A DNA stretch of 55,435 nucleotides from a virus. Its lineage: Duplodnaviria; Caudoviricetes. Position numbers and translations under genes: made by a program. The number at the start of each line of letters is the position of its first letter. Position 1 is the stretch's first letter. A model generated the notes under the pieces. The model worked only from the letters and a program-made list of their open reading frames with translations, ran no database searches and had not been told where the DNA came from. Shown one piece after another: positions 27,213 through 35,062 of the stretch. The stretch is from IMG/VR virus record IMGVR_UViG_3300006919_000067, positions 1 through 55,435 of that record; one strand, given 5' to 3'.

Positions 27213-28116
27213 CCCAAGACACTCCCTTTGGTACATACGATTTGATCTTCATGCGAAGTTCTTTGTCTAGCTTTGCAGCAGGTGTTGGCGGTTTGCCTTG
27301 TCTCTTCACATAGAAGTAGTTCGCATCTTTGACATACATTCCACCCTTACCTGATTTCACAACATCTGTGTCCACACCAACCTTGTTGAATGCGAATGCG
27401 ATATCACCATCCATGTACTTGCGTAATCCCTTACCCATGTTCACAATGTCTCCCATGGTCTGTGACGCACCTCTATGAGTGTTTACAAGGATCTCTGTGG
27501 GAACTGTGCGAGAACGTGCAAGGTTCTGCGCCTTGGCAACTTCGATATCATTCACAACCCAAACTATGTGGATGTTCTCTTTTGCGTATCCGATAGACGA
27601 TACTTGACGTGTAAGCTTCTCTAACTTCTGCAAGTCTTTTAAAGTCACATCAAATATGATGTTTGGTTTTCTCTCAGGGTCTGCAGACAAGATAGATGTA
27701 TACAAAGCTTTCAGACGTTTGTTATCAAGTTTCAAGTAGTCTCCAATAATCATATGAAGCTTACCAACATTTTCAGGATCTTTTAGATTAGCAGCAAGGT
27801 TTTTAAGATCAAAGCCAAGTTCTTTCTTCACACGTTTTTGAATAGCAGGTGTAGCAGCCGCTAGTGTCTTCAGTGCATCAACATCAAAGGTGAACCCTTC
27901 GATGCCAACCAACTTGTCTTTGACGAAACCTTTACCTGATCCTGCACCACCTGCCATGATAACAACGTTACCAAACTTAGGATATGCCTTACCGCCAAAC
28001 GTGATGAGGGCTTCCATAAGTTCATCAAACTGTTCTTCGATGTATTCTTCACGAATAGGATCAGAAACAGTTTCCCCATAAATGAGTTCGTCTAGAAATG
28101 AAGAAAAGTTTTGCAT
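27205..28116 (-). CDS. P-loop kinase (AAA_33/zeta-toxin-like) with an acidic N-terminal propeptide
   Basis: Walker A GGAGSGKG, IIFDVT, and lid-like AQNLARSRTVP. Confidence 0.75.
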   Translation of the reverse strand: MQNFSSFLDELIYGETVSDPIREEYIEEQFDELMEALITFGGKAYPKFGNVVIMAGGAGSGKGFVKDKLVGIEGFTFDVDALKTLAAATPAIQKRVKKELGFDLKNLAANLKDPENVGKLHMIIGDYLKLDNKRLKALYTSILSADPERKPNIIFDVTLKDLQKLEKLTRQVSSIGYAKENIHIVWVVNDIEVAKAQNLARSRTVPTEILVNTHRGASQTMGDIVNMGKGLRKYMDGDIAFAFNKVGVDTDVVKSGKGGMYVKDANYFYVKRQGKPPTPAAKLDKELRMKIKSYVPKGVSWDA

Positions 28117-28145
28117 GTAGTTACCTTATAAAAATCTATTTCCTT

Positions 28146-28153
28146 TATTTATA
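28146..28153 (-). promoter_or_regulatory. T4-type late promoter TATAAATA
   Basis: Exact motif in the intergenic gap upstream of the P-loop kinase. Confidence 0.8.
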
Positions 28154-28157
28154 ACAT

Positions 28158-28718
28158 TTATTCTATTGGATTTCGATCTTCATCAACTTCAACTAAAGTT
28201 ATAGGACAATGAATATCAGTATAGTTATCCATATGCTCAAAGCCAAGTTCTGCTACGCCATCTTCATAGTCTTCAGCATATTTGTCTTGAACTTCTTCAA
28301 GCAACTCTTCTTGTTCTTCTTCTGAAAGATCATTTCCACCTATAAAGATATCCCAATCTTCCCAACAACCATCCCATGTTGAGTTCATTTCATATTGATA
28401 ATCTGACAACTCATGAAACGTACAAGCTTCACTGGTATCAGGCATAGCGTGTCCTATCATACCCTCTAGATCTTCTTCACCATAGTCATCTAAGACTTCT
28501 GCTAAAGACTTATAGTATTCTGCATCACCAACTTGATCGTTTGCCCATTCAATAACTTCTTCTTCAGTCTCAGGAACAAATACATCAAACTCACCCCAAC
28601 GCCAACCGATTTCTTTTCTGATCCACATATCTGGGGTATCCCCTTCCATCTTCTTACGGAAGGTATCGTACTCAACAACTGACTTTTTATAAGTCGGTTC
28701 AATCCTGTAAATTTTCAT
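28158..28718 (-). CDS. Highly acidic hypothetical protein
   Basis: D/E-rich; IGWRWGEF and WDGCWEDW segments. Confidence 0.7.
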   Translation of the reverse strand: MKIYRIEPTYKKSVVEYDTFRKKMEGDTPDMWIRKEIGWRWGEFDVFVPETEEEVIEWANDQVGDAEYYKSLAEVLDDYGEEDLEGMIGHAMPDTSEACTFHELSDYQYEMNSTWDGCWEDWDIFIGGNDLSEEEQEELLEEVQDKYAEDYEDGVAELGFEHMDNYTDIHCPITLVEVDEDRNPIE

Positions 28719-29001
28719 TATTATTTTCCTCTATCATATCACTTGCTGCAGATGGGTTGTCAACAATATACTCTAATATATTATCAACTCTTTGATTCAC
28801 TGCTTCAATTCTTCTATCATGCTGCTGATCTACTGTCTCAGATCTAGCGGCAAAGGCTGAGTGTGTGCCGGCAAGATCAATGAAAGATTGTTCTTGCATT
28901 ACTATTTGAACTTCAAGTTCATGAATTTGTTTTGCTTGTTGCTCTACCTTACTACTTAATATCCAAAACGATATAGCTGCAAAAATACTTGTAGGGTCCA
29001 T
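28699..29001 (-). CDS. Hypothetical membrane-anchored coiled-coil protein
   Basis: SD AAGGAG before MDPTSIFAAISFWILS; start trimmed. Confidence 0.6.
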   Translation of the reverse strand: MDPTSIFAAISFWILSSKVEQQAKQIHELEVQIVMQEQSFIDLAGTHSAFAARSETVDQQHDRRIEAVNQRVDNILEYIVDNPSAASDMIEENNNENLQD

Positions 29002-29025
29002 GAGATATCTCCTTTTAAGTATATA

Positions 29026-29196
29026 GGTGTGGGCAGGATTTAGGAATACCTGCATCTACTCGCCTTGGACGCTCCTGTCAACTAGCTTTCGAACTACGAT
29101 GCATCTGCTAAGACAGGGGGCTACCCTCTTCTCGTATACCTTAGAGGCACGTCCACCTCTTATTCAGTCACCACATCCTCTCTCCGTCAAGAGAGG
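29026..29196 (-). ncRNA. Candidate structured non-coding RNA (~150 nt) plus a 5' hairpin
   Basis: GC-rich intergenic island with nested helices TGTGG/CCACA, GGACG/CGTCC, CCTCT/AGAGG, CCTGTC/GACAGG and GCAGG/CCTGC. Confidence 0.65.
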
Positions 29197-29201
29197 AAAA
29201 C

Positions 29202-30194
29202 TTATTTCAGTTTATCTATAGCAGATAAACCCGCATCATCTAAAGTCTTTGAACCAATAACTGCGCCATCAATAACCTCACTTTCTACTAGTGTGTTATA
29301 CTTGTCCACAATTCTTCTAGCAATAATAATATAGTCAGTGTTACCTGCACTGTTAGCGGTCCACTTATTGGCAGTTGTTTTATGGAAATAGTTTCTCATA
29401 AACTCTTTTAAACCTTTTGCCTTTCTAGCACCAAGATGTTTATCCATTAAGAAGTTTATAGCAGTCAGTGCAAAAACTAAAGATCCGTCAACATAAGATT
29501 TATCCCATTCATTTGTGTAAATCGGCTTTAAGAAATCTACAGCATTTTTTGTGTATCTTAAATTATACTTTGTGTATGCTGAACGCAGTTTCACCCACCC
29601 ACGAACTTCAATGCCATACTCTGTATCACCTAAGTTTTCTGCATAAACGCCAACGCCTATTAGAGACTCTTCAAACTTTATAGATTCTTCATCACCGTAT
29701 GCAATACCTGCTCTATACTTATCTAAGCCACTAGCATTTTTTCTGCTCATATTCAAGTCTTCAAACATTTGAGCCTCGACTTCAACACACCTCATATGAT
29801 CCCTATCAACAGGATGTTCATATAGAATACAAGGAACTTCAAACTCAAGACCTTCACCTAAGACAGACATAATAGCTTTGTGTTGACCATCTACTATAAC
29901 ATGTGTACCATTAGGGCGTTTCCAGACAACAAGAGGTTGTAGCAATCCTAGATTAACTCTCCTAGCTTTTTGAATAGTACTTTTACTAATAAATCTTTGA
30001 TATTTACGTTCACTATATAATAATCCAACAGGAAGTTTTTGATATGTACCCCCAACTCCTATTGAACCTTTATCAAACTTTATTTTTCCTGATTGTTCTA
30101 AATTGTTAGTTAGATCTTCTACACTCATAAGTGTATCGTCTTCGCTTAATCCAGAAATAAATTGACTATTGCTCATGTTGTTTATAAAGTTCAT
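29202..30194 (-). CDS. ParB/Srx-like (DGQH) domain protein
   Basis: YQR, PLVVWKRPNG..IVDGQHK and EAQMFEDLN motifs. Start trimmed to MNFINN after AAGGAG, since the ORF-track start overlaps a tRNA. Confidence 0.7.
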   Translation of the reverse strand: MNFINNMSNSQFISGLSEDDTLMSVEDLTNNLEQSGKIKFDKGSIGVGGTYQKLPVGLLYSERKYQRFISKSTIQKARRVNLGLLQPLVVWKRPNGTHVIVDGQHKAIMSVLGEGLEFEVPCILYEHPVDRDHMRCVEVEAQMFEDLNMSRKNASGLDKYRAGIAYGDEESIKFEESLIGVGVYAENLGDTEYGIEVRGWVKLRSAYTKYNLRYTKNAVDFLKPIYTNEWDKSYVDGSLVFALTAINFLMDKHLGARKAKGLKEFMRNYFHKTTANKWTANSAGNTDYIIIARRIVDKYNTLVESEVIDGAVIGSKTLDDAGLSAIDKLK

Positions 30195-30285
30195 ATTTTT
30201 CTCCTTTTTATAATGGCTAGAGTTTAACGTCATCGCACTGATGGACAAACTTATTTTGGCTACCTGACATGATACCCTCTTGAAT

Positions 30286-30361
<76 letters not shown>

Positions 30362-30368
30362 GTTATTG

Positions 30369-30445
30369 TGGCGAACACGGAAGGATTCGAACCCTCGACC
30401 TAGTGCTTAGAAGGCACTTGCTCTAATCCACTGAGCTACGTGTCC
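30369..30445 (-). tRNA. tRNA-Arg(UCU)
   Basis: GGACACGTAGCTCAGTGGATTAGAGCAAGTGCCTTCTAAGCACTAGGTCGAGGGTTCGAATCCTTCCGTGTTCGCCA; encoded CCA. Confidence 0.95.
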
Positions 30446-30451
30446 ATTATA

Positions 30452-30643
30452 TTATTCAGTTGGCTTTTCAAGTTGCCAACAAACATTACCATCTCCATCT
30501 ATAAGAGCTAGTGTTCCTTCACCAGGAGGACGACAACCTTCGTCAATCATTTCCCACTGATAACCTTCTTGCTGTTGCGCATGAGAAAGAGCAAAAAACT
30601 CTTGATTATCATGAGCAAATAGTGCCAAAATTATTACTATCAT
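30452..30643 (-). CDS. Small hypothetical secreted/membrane protein
   Basis: Start trimmed to MIVIILALFA. Confidence 0.55.
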   Translation of the reverse strand: MIVIILALFAHDNQEFFALSHAQQQEGYQWEMIDEGCRPPGEGTLALIDGDGNVCWQLEKPTE

Positions 30644-30644
30644 A

Positions 30645-30929
30645 TTAAACTCCAAAACTTTCACCGCAACCGCAGCTTGCGGTTGCATTAGGATTCACAA
30701 CTTTCAAATAAGAACCACCTAGTTCTTTTACATAATCAATAGTACAACCAAACACAAACATCTCTGCCATAGGATCAAGCCACAGATTTTCTATGGTGGG
30801 GTCTTTATCTGTAGTTCCCCACTCATACTGAAACCCTGCACAACCCCCACCCTTTACCGTTAGTGAAACATTAGGATCACCAACTTCTTTTAGATAAGAT
30901 TTAGCTGTATCGGTTATACTTATATTCAT
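30645..30929 (-). CDS. iscA: HesB/IscA/ErpA-family Fe-S cluster carrier
   Basis: GGGCAGFQY and NPNATASCGCGESF motifs. Confidence 0.92.
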   Translation of the reverse strand: MNISITDTAKSYLKEVGDPNVSLTVKGGGCAGFQYEWGTTDKDPTIENLWLDPMAEMFVFGCTIDYVKELGGSYLKVVNPNATASCGCGESFGV

Positions 30930-31126
30930 GAGAAATGTTGCTGTAGCATTTCAATACGATCAGTTGCAGCCGCCATCTTATCAAGTTCTTCTTGAATAGC
31001 TTCTACAATATCTGAGTGTTCACCAATACCCACACTCTGATTCATATAAACCATGATGTTTGTCTTGGCACGTTCTAACTCACCTTCAGCATGCATACGT
31101 GCAGCTTTTACTAGTTGTTCTTTCAT
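30926..31126 (-). CDS. Conserved hypothetical phage protein
   Basis: VGIGEHSDIVEAI motif; SD AAGGA. Confidence 0.7.
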   Translation of the reverse strand: MKEQLVKAARMHAEGELERAKTNIMVYMNQSVGIGEHSDIVEAIQEELDKMAAATDRIEMLQQHFS

Positions 31127-31137
31127 TATATTATCCT

Positions 31138-31581
31138 TTATTTTTTAAATGGAACCACATACCGTTTACCATCTATATAGAAGCGAATGGTAGAGTGGCT
31201 ATACACTTCAACATTAGTGTTCTGATATACTGTCATATCACCACAATGACGTTCAGTCTTGTACCCTGTAACCTTAGCACCCTTTGCACTTTCATTGGCT
31301 ACAATAGCACCACCTAGAGCACCAATCGCAGCACCACTATCTTTACCAGATGCAGTACCACCAATAAGACCACCTAAGATTGCGCCAAGTAATACGTCAC
31401 CACCAGAAGCTCCTTGGCTTTGCTGATAGATTGGAACCTGTACTTCTTGACATCGTGTTTCTGTCACAGGAACAGATTGTGTCACAATTTCTGTGTGGTC
31501 AAAAACTTTGACCTTTGTTACGTTTCCTGCCATGGCAGTACTAGAGGCCAAAGCAGCCACTAGTGCTAATGAATATTTCAT
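31138..31581 (-). CDS. Secreted glycine-zipper 2TM domain protein
   Basis: Signal peptide followed by LLGAILGGLIGG...GAAIGALGGAIVA. Confidence 0.8.
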   Translation of the reverse strand: MKYSLALVAALASSTAMAGNVTKVKVFDHTEIVTQSVPVTETRCQEVQVPIYQQSQGASGGDVLLGAILGGLIGGTASGKDSGAAIGALGGAIVANESAKGAKVTGYKTERHCGDMTVYQNTNVEVYSHSTIRFYIDGKRYVVPFKK

Positions 31582-31591
31582 TGTGTTCTCC

Positions 31592-31963
31592 TTAAGAACC
31601 TGTTGTTAACTCAATGGTTCCATCTGAGTTCATTGTGAAGTCTTCAATGTAACGATGATGTGTACCTGACATAGCAATAACCCACTCAGCAGCTTTCCAC
31701 ATATCCAGCCAAGTATTACCTTGAATCTCTGTCTTGTACATGATACTAGACCGATTAGTTCCTTCTGTAATATCTTTTAAAAGATCTTCTGAAGTGGCAT
31801 CATAACGAATGCTTTCATATACGAGTTCTTTACCCTTCACATTGAGGGGCAAGTTACGATAGATTTCTTCTAACTCATAGATGGACCATACTGTATTTAG
31901 TCCTTCTTTGGAACGAATATCATCAAAATATTTCATCTGTTTTTCAAAAGTACTGTCAAGCAT
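31592..31963 (-). CDS. Hypothetical early protein
   Basis: ORF downstream of an early promoter unit. Confidence 0.7.
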   Translation of the reverse strand: MLDSTFEKQMKYFDDIRSKEGLNTVWSIYELEEIYRNLPLNVKGKELVYESIRYDATSEDLLKDITEGTNRSSIMYKTEIQGNTWLDMWKAAEWVIAMSGTHHRYIEDFTMNSDGTIELTTGS

Positions 31964-32205
31964 TAGTATACAATCTCCATTCCATTATCATATTCTTGAA
32001 GCCAACCACGGTCAATAGCGTGAAGGACAATAATATTTTTATAGTGTTCCGATAGCCAAATACCTTTTTTAACGGCCCATGCTTTCATGTCACTCTGAAC
32101 CATGCAAGATTGTTCACCTTGGGCAGGTGAAGCTTCAAGACGATTGATTTCTTCTTCAGCCATATCAAAGCCATTACGAGTTTCTTGAATCCAAGGTGTC
32201 ATCAT
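31963..32205 (-). CDS. Hypothetical early protein
   Basis: First gene after the promoter repeat at 32219. Confidence 0.7.
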   Translation of the reverse strand: MMTPWIQETRNGFDMAEEEINRLEASPAQGEQSCMVQSDMKAWAVKKGIWLSEHYKNIIVLHAIDRGWLQEYDNGMEIVY

Positions 32206-32218
32206 GTATCTTTCTCTT

Positions 32219-32260
32219 TATTACAGAATCATATTAGCAGAAGTTTAACTTGATGTCAAC
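32219..32260 (-). repeat. Early promoter repeat copy 1 (TTGACA-N17-TAATAT-GATTCTGTAA)
   Basis: GTTGACATCAAGTTAAACTTCTGCTAATATGATTCTGTAATA. Confidence 0.85.
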
Positions 32261-32262
32261 CC

Positions 32263-32847
32263 TTAAGTTAACATTTCGTAGATTTCTTTCCAACCTTGAA
32301 CGACAGTAGCAGCACCATCATATCCTGCGTTGTGGTGGTGATCAATCAAGATCCCTTCCAAACCCAAGGTGATACCAAGGTCAACGTTCTCAGGCTTGTC
32401 TTCAACCCAAACACAACCACTACCTGCATAAGGCGCAAGAGCATCATCTTTGTCAGCACCTGTATCAAGGTAGACATACTTCTCAAAGACAGTGTTACCA
32501 AACAACTCCCGAAGGTTTTTGGTCCGTAAGTGTTGAGCATACTGATCGTTGCTCAAGCTAGTGATAGCATGAAAAGTAAAGCCATGTTCTTCATGAAGTT
32601 TCTTCACATACTTGATAGCATCCCGAAGGGGACCAAGCTTCCGAATGGCAGCACTCTCGTTGAACATCCGAACAAGCTTCTTAGCTTCAGCTTTTTCAAG
32701 ACCATACTTAAGATGCATCTTGTATTCGTTCTCTTGAACAACCTCATAACCATGCCGCTTCATCCAAGCGTCAAAGGCGTACTCCCAATCAAGGAGCACA
32801 CCGTCACAGTCAGTCAGGATTGTTTTATTACTTAATACGTGAATCAT
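32263..32847 (-). CDS. HAD-superfamily 5'-nucleotidase/phosphatase
   Basis: DCDGVL (DxD), ITS, K and WVEDKPEN motifs. Confidence 0.85.
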   Translation of the reverse strand: MIHVLSNKTILTDCDGVLLDWEYAFDAWMKRHGYEVVQENEYKMHLKYGLEKAEAKKLVRMFNESAAIRKLGPLRDAIKYVKKLHEEHGFTFHAITSLSNDQYAQHLRTKNLRELFGNTVFEKYVYLDTGADKDDALAPYAGSGCVWVEDKPENVDLGITLGLEGILIDHHHNAGYDGAATVVQGWKEIYEMLT

Positions 32848-32866
32848 TTATTTTCTTTTCTCTTTC

Positions 32867-32906
32867 TTACAGAATCACAGTAGCATATTCTTGACTTGAT
32901 GTCAAG
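32867..32906 (-). repeat. Early promoter repeat copy 2 (TTGACA-N17-TACTGT-GATTCTGTAA)
   Basis: CTTGACATCAAGTCAAGAATATGCTACTGTGATTCTGTAA; contains the perfect inverted repeat CTTGAC-N5-GTCAAG. Confidence 0.85.
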
Positions 32907-33315
32907 CACTTTCTACTAGTTTATAGGGTTTATCCCACTTTCCGATATTGATATCAACATACCATGCAACATCAAAATAGTCGGTCATAATGTCGCTGTT
33001 GTTATACCAATCTGTACCATGCATAGCGTTTGAAAGTTCTTCGATAAAAGGCGCTGCCTCACCGTAGTTCTCAGGATAATTATGGTTTACTTGAATGTAT
33101 CCTTCATTGGCATAGTAAGGCATACCCCGCCGATCAGAGATTTCTTTGTTCTTAGCATTTGCCATGCCAATGAAATCAATCGGTCCTTCACGAACAGTGA
33201 CAACTAATGAGGAATGGTTATCAACACCGATAGAGCCTTTAACACCGTACTTCTTCAAAACATTTTTGATAGCAGGGGCAAGTTCTTTTTTCTTTGCTTG
33301 GGACATATAAGCCAT
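32902..33315 (-). CDS. Conserved early phage protein (LPD29-like motif)
   Basis: NSDIMTDYFDVAWYVDINIGKWDKPY. Confidence 0.6.
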   Translation of the reverse strand: MAYMSQAKKKELAPAIKNVLKKYGVKGSIGVDNHSSLVVTVREGPIDFIGMANAKNKEISDRRGMPYYANEGYIQVNHNYPENYGEAAPFIEELSNAMHGTDWYNNSDIMTDYFDVAWYVDINIGKWDKPYKLVESA

Positions 33316-33334
33316 TATATTCTCACTTTCTCTC

Positions 33335-33377
33335 TATTACAGAATCAATGTAGCATTTATTTAACTTGATGTCAAGT
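33335..33377 (-). repeat. Early promoter repeat copy 3 (identical to copy 5 over 43 bp)
   Basis: ACTTGACATCAAGTTAAATAAATGCTACATTGATTCTGTAATA. Confidence 0.9.
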
Positions 33378-33381
33378 CTTT

Positions 33382-33585
33382 TTAACAAATCTCTTCTACG
33401 GTTACACGGTACATCTTACCGTTCTCGTCAGTCATATCAATAGTTTTCTTCGTGCTCATCATCCACCCCTGATCAGGATGAAGATCATATTTGACATTGC
33501 CAACTTTGGTGACAATGTTTTCGGATTGTTGAGACCAGAACTTATGGCTGATCTCATCAGCAATATAATCACAATAGGCAAGCAT
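33382..33585 (-). CDS. Hypothetical early protein
   Basis: SD AAGGA before MLAYCDY; start trimmed. Confidence 0.65.
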   Translation of the reverse strand: MLAYCDYIADEISHKFWSQQSENIVTKVGNVKYDLHPDQGWMMSTKKTIDMTDENGKMYRVTVEEIC

Positions 33586-33595
33586 ATTGATTCCT

Positions 33596-33943
33596 TTAAC
33601 GTAAATAGTTAGGACCAGTCCATTGAATGTTGTAGTCACCATCAACAACATTACCACGTGCTTTGTTACGTGCAGGAGCATTCCAACCTGCAGCTTTCAA
33701 GATGTCACCTTTACGAAACTTCTTGTCATCGTCAGTGTTGACAACGAAACCCCAAACGCAACCATCGTTTTCTTTGGTGATCTTGATATACTTCTTACCG
33801 ATTTTATAACCAAGACCTTCAGCAAACTCTTTGATCATCTTCTGACCAGTAACAGTATCTTTAGAACCACAACGCTCTTTGAAGCCAACGTAGTCAGCAG
33901 TGATATCGTTTAGTAGGTTTTGAACTTGAAGTAGCATAATCAT
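33596..33943 (-). CDS. Conserved early protein of T4-like phages
   Basis: GKKYIKI, VWGFV and GDILKAAGWNAPARNKARGN motifs. Confidence 0.75.
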   Translation of the reverse strand: MIMLLQVQNLLNDITADYVGFKERCGSKDTVTGQKMIKEFAEGLGYKIGKKYIKITKENDGCVWGFVVNTDDDKKFRKGDILKAAGWNAPARNKARGNVVDGDYNIQWTGPNYLR

Positions 33944-33950
33944 TTCTCCT

Positions 33951-33993
33951 TATTACAGAATCACTATAACATTTATTTAACTTAATGTCAAGT
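33951..33993 (-). repeat. Early promoter repeat copy 4 (39/43 identical to copies 3 and 5)
   Basis: ACTTGACATTAAGTTAAATAAATGTTATAGTGATTCTGTAATA. Confidence 0.9.
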
Positions 33994-33997
33994 CTTT

Positions 33998-34189
33998 TTA
34001 ACAAAAAACTTGAACATCATCTTCACCAGTACCACGTTTGAACATACCGATCTTTACGTTCTCTTGACCAAACTCAGTGACAGCATCTTCATATGTCATA
34101 GATGTTGACTTCCAACGCTTTGCAGCAACAACACCGTTACCAATGTAAATGCCTGTATTCCAATCTGGTTTCACTTGAGGTATCTTCAT
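33998..34189 (-). CDS. Hypothetical early protein
   Basis: SD GGAG; ATGA-coupled to the upstream gene. Confidence 0.65.
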   Translation of the reverse strand: MKIPQVKPDWNTGIYIGNGVVAAKRWKSTSMTYEDAVTEFGQENVKIGMFKRGTGEDDVQVFC

Positions 34190-34383
34190 ACGTCTACTCC
34201 TTCAATAACGTCTGCAGCTTTATCAAACCATTCGGTATAGGTTTCACCATCAAGCAGCACAGACCATTTCATATACATATCTGAGTCAATGAAGTTCCAG
34301 TTGATAGAACCATCAGTCTCAAGATTTTCATTAAGAGAAACAAAGTGTTTCATATTTTCAAGAAACTTATCATACATCATCAT
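34186..34383 (-). CDS. Hypothetical early protein
   Basis: SD AAGGAG after promoter repeat copy 5; INWNFIDSD segment. Confidence 0.7.
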   Translation of the reverse strand: MMMYDKFLENMKHFVSLNENLETDGSINWNFIDSDMYMKWSVLLDGETYTEWFDKAADVIEGVDV

Positions 34384-34390
34384 GTCTCCT

Positions 34391-34433
34391 TATTACAGAA
34401 TCAATGTAGCATTTATTTAACTTGATGTCAAGT
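34391..34433 (-). repeat. Early promoter repeat copy 5
   Basis: Identical to 33335-33377; AT-rich UP-like tract upstream. Confidence 0.9.
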
Positions 34434-34444
34434 ATTAAATTAAA

Positions 34445-34473
34445 TAAAAAAAAGAGGGCTGTTAACCCTCTTT
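34445..34473 (-). terminator. Rho-independent terminator
   Basis: Minus strand AAAGAGGG-TTAACAG-CCCTCTTTTTTTT. Confidence 0.8.
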
Positions 34474-34602
34474 CTCATCCTCTACTAAAAATCTTACAGT
34501 TACCAGATTTCCTCTACAATCTTCTGAGTATGTGTTTTCCTGCTTTATCATATACTCAATACCAAGATCATTCAAAGCTTTTCGCAGTTCATTAAGAGTC
34601 AT
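34462..34602 (-). CDS. Small hypothetical protein (46 aa)
   Basis: Manual translation MTLNELRKALNDLGIEYMIKQENTYSEDCRGNLVTVRFLVEDEKEG*. Confidence 0.55.
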   Translation of the reverse strand: MTLNELRKALNDLGIEYMIKQENTYSEDCRGNLVTVRFLVEDEKEG

Positions 34603-34765
34603 TTCTTGACTGCCTCAACCATGCTCAAAGCGAATCCAAGAGTTGAGATATCCACTTCTTTCACTCCCTTCCAATCTTTGTCTAAGATCCGTCTCGCCAC
34701 TTCTACTACTGTCACGCCTAATCCATCCCTCTAAAGTTTCAGTTGTAATATCATCAATCGGACCA

Positions 34766-35062
34766 TCATTCTTTGTATGATTGTCTGACACTTTGCAATG
34801 CTCCTTTTATTCGTGTTGGGTATTCCCCTATGAATGTACCTGCCTCTAACATATCTATGCTTAGATGTTCCTTATGCATGTGCGTAATATTATCCCAATC
34901 TTTTAAAATCTTCTTGGCAAGTCTGTCAAACATACCATCACTGATTATGGGATTGTCTTCTTCATAATACGCATATGCCGCCATGAGATACCATGGTATT
35001 GACATATTAGTATTATCGTCACATATCTCCATACATGCTTTTTCTATTCCATTAATGTCCAA
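34766..35062 (-). CDS. Stand-alone NAD-dependent DNA ligase domain Ia-like protein
   Basis: AYAYYEEDNPIISDGMFDRL resembles LigA YY..D.P.ISD..YD.L; no catalytic KxDG domain. Confidence 0.7.
   Translation of the reverse strand: MDINGIEKACMEICDDNTNMSIPWYLMAAYAYYEEDNPIISDGMFDRLAKKILKDWDNITHMHKEHLSIDMLEAGTFIGEYPTRIKGALQSVRQSYKE

Noticed and set aside
29026-29196. tmRNA or tRNA identity for the candidate RNA
   Set aside because: No GGGG 5' acceptor, no canonical TTCRA loop, no terminal CCA and no evident tag ORF.
32219-34433. CRISPR array
   Set aside because: The repeats are separated by 0.4-0.65 kb of intact genes and contain -35/-10 promoter elements; no cas genes are present.
34599-34791. Small ORF(s) between the ligase-like gene and the 46-aa gene
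   Set aside because: Two competing GTG-start frames; I cannot tell which is real.
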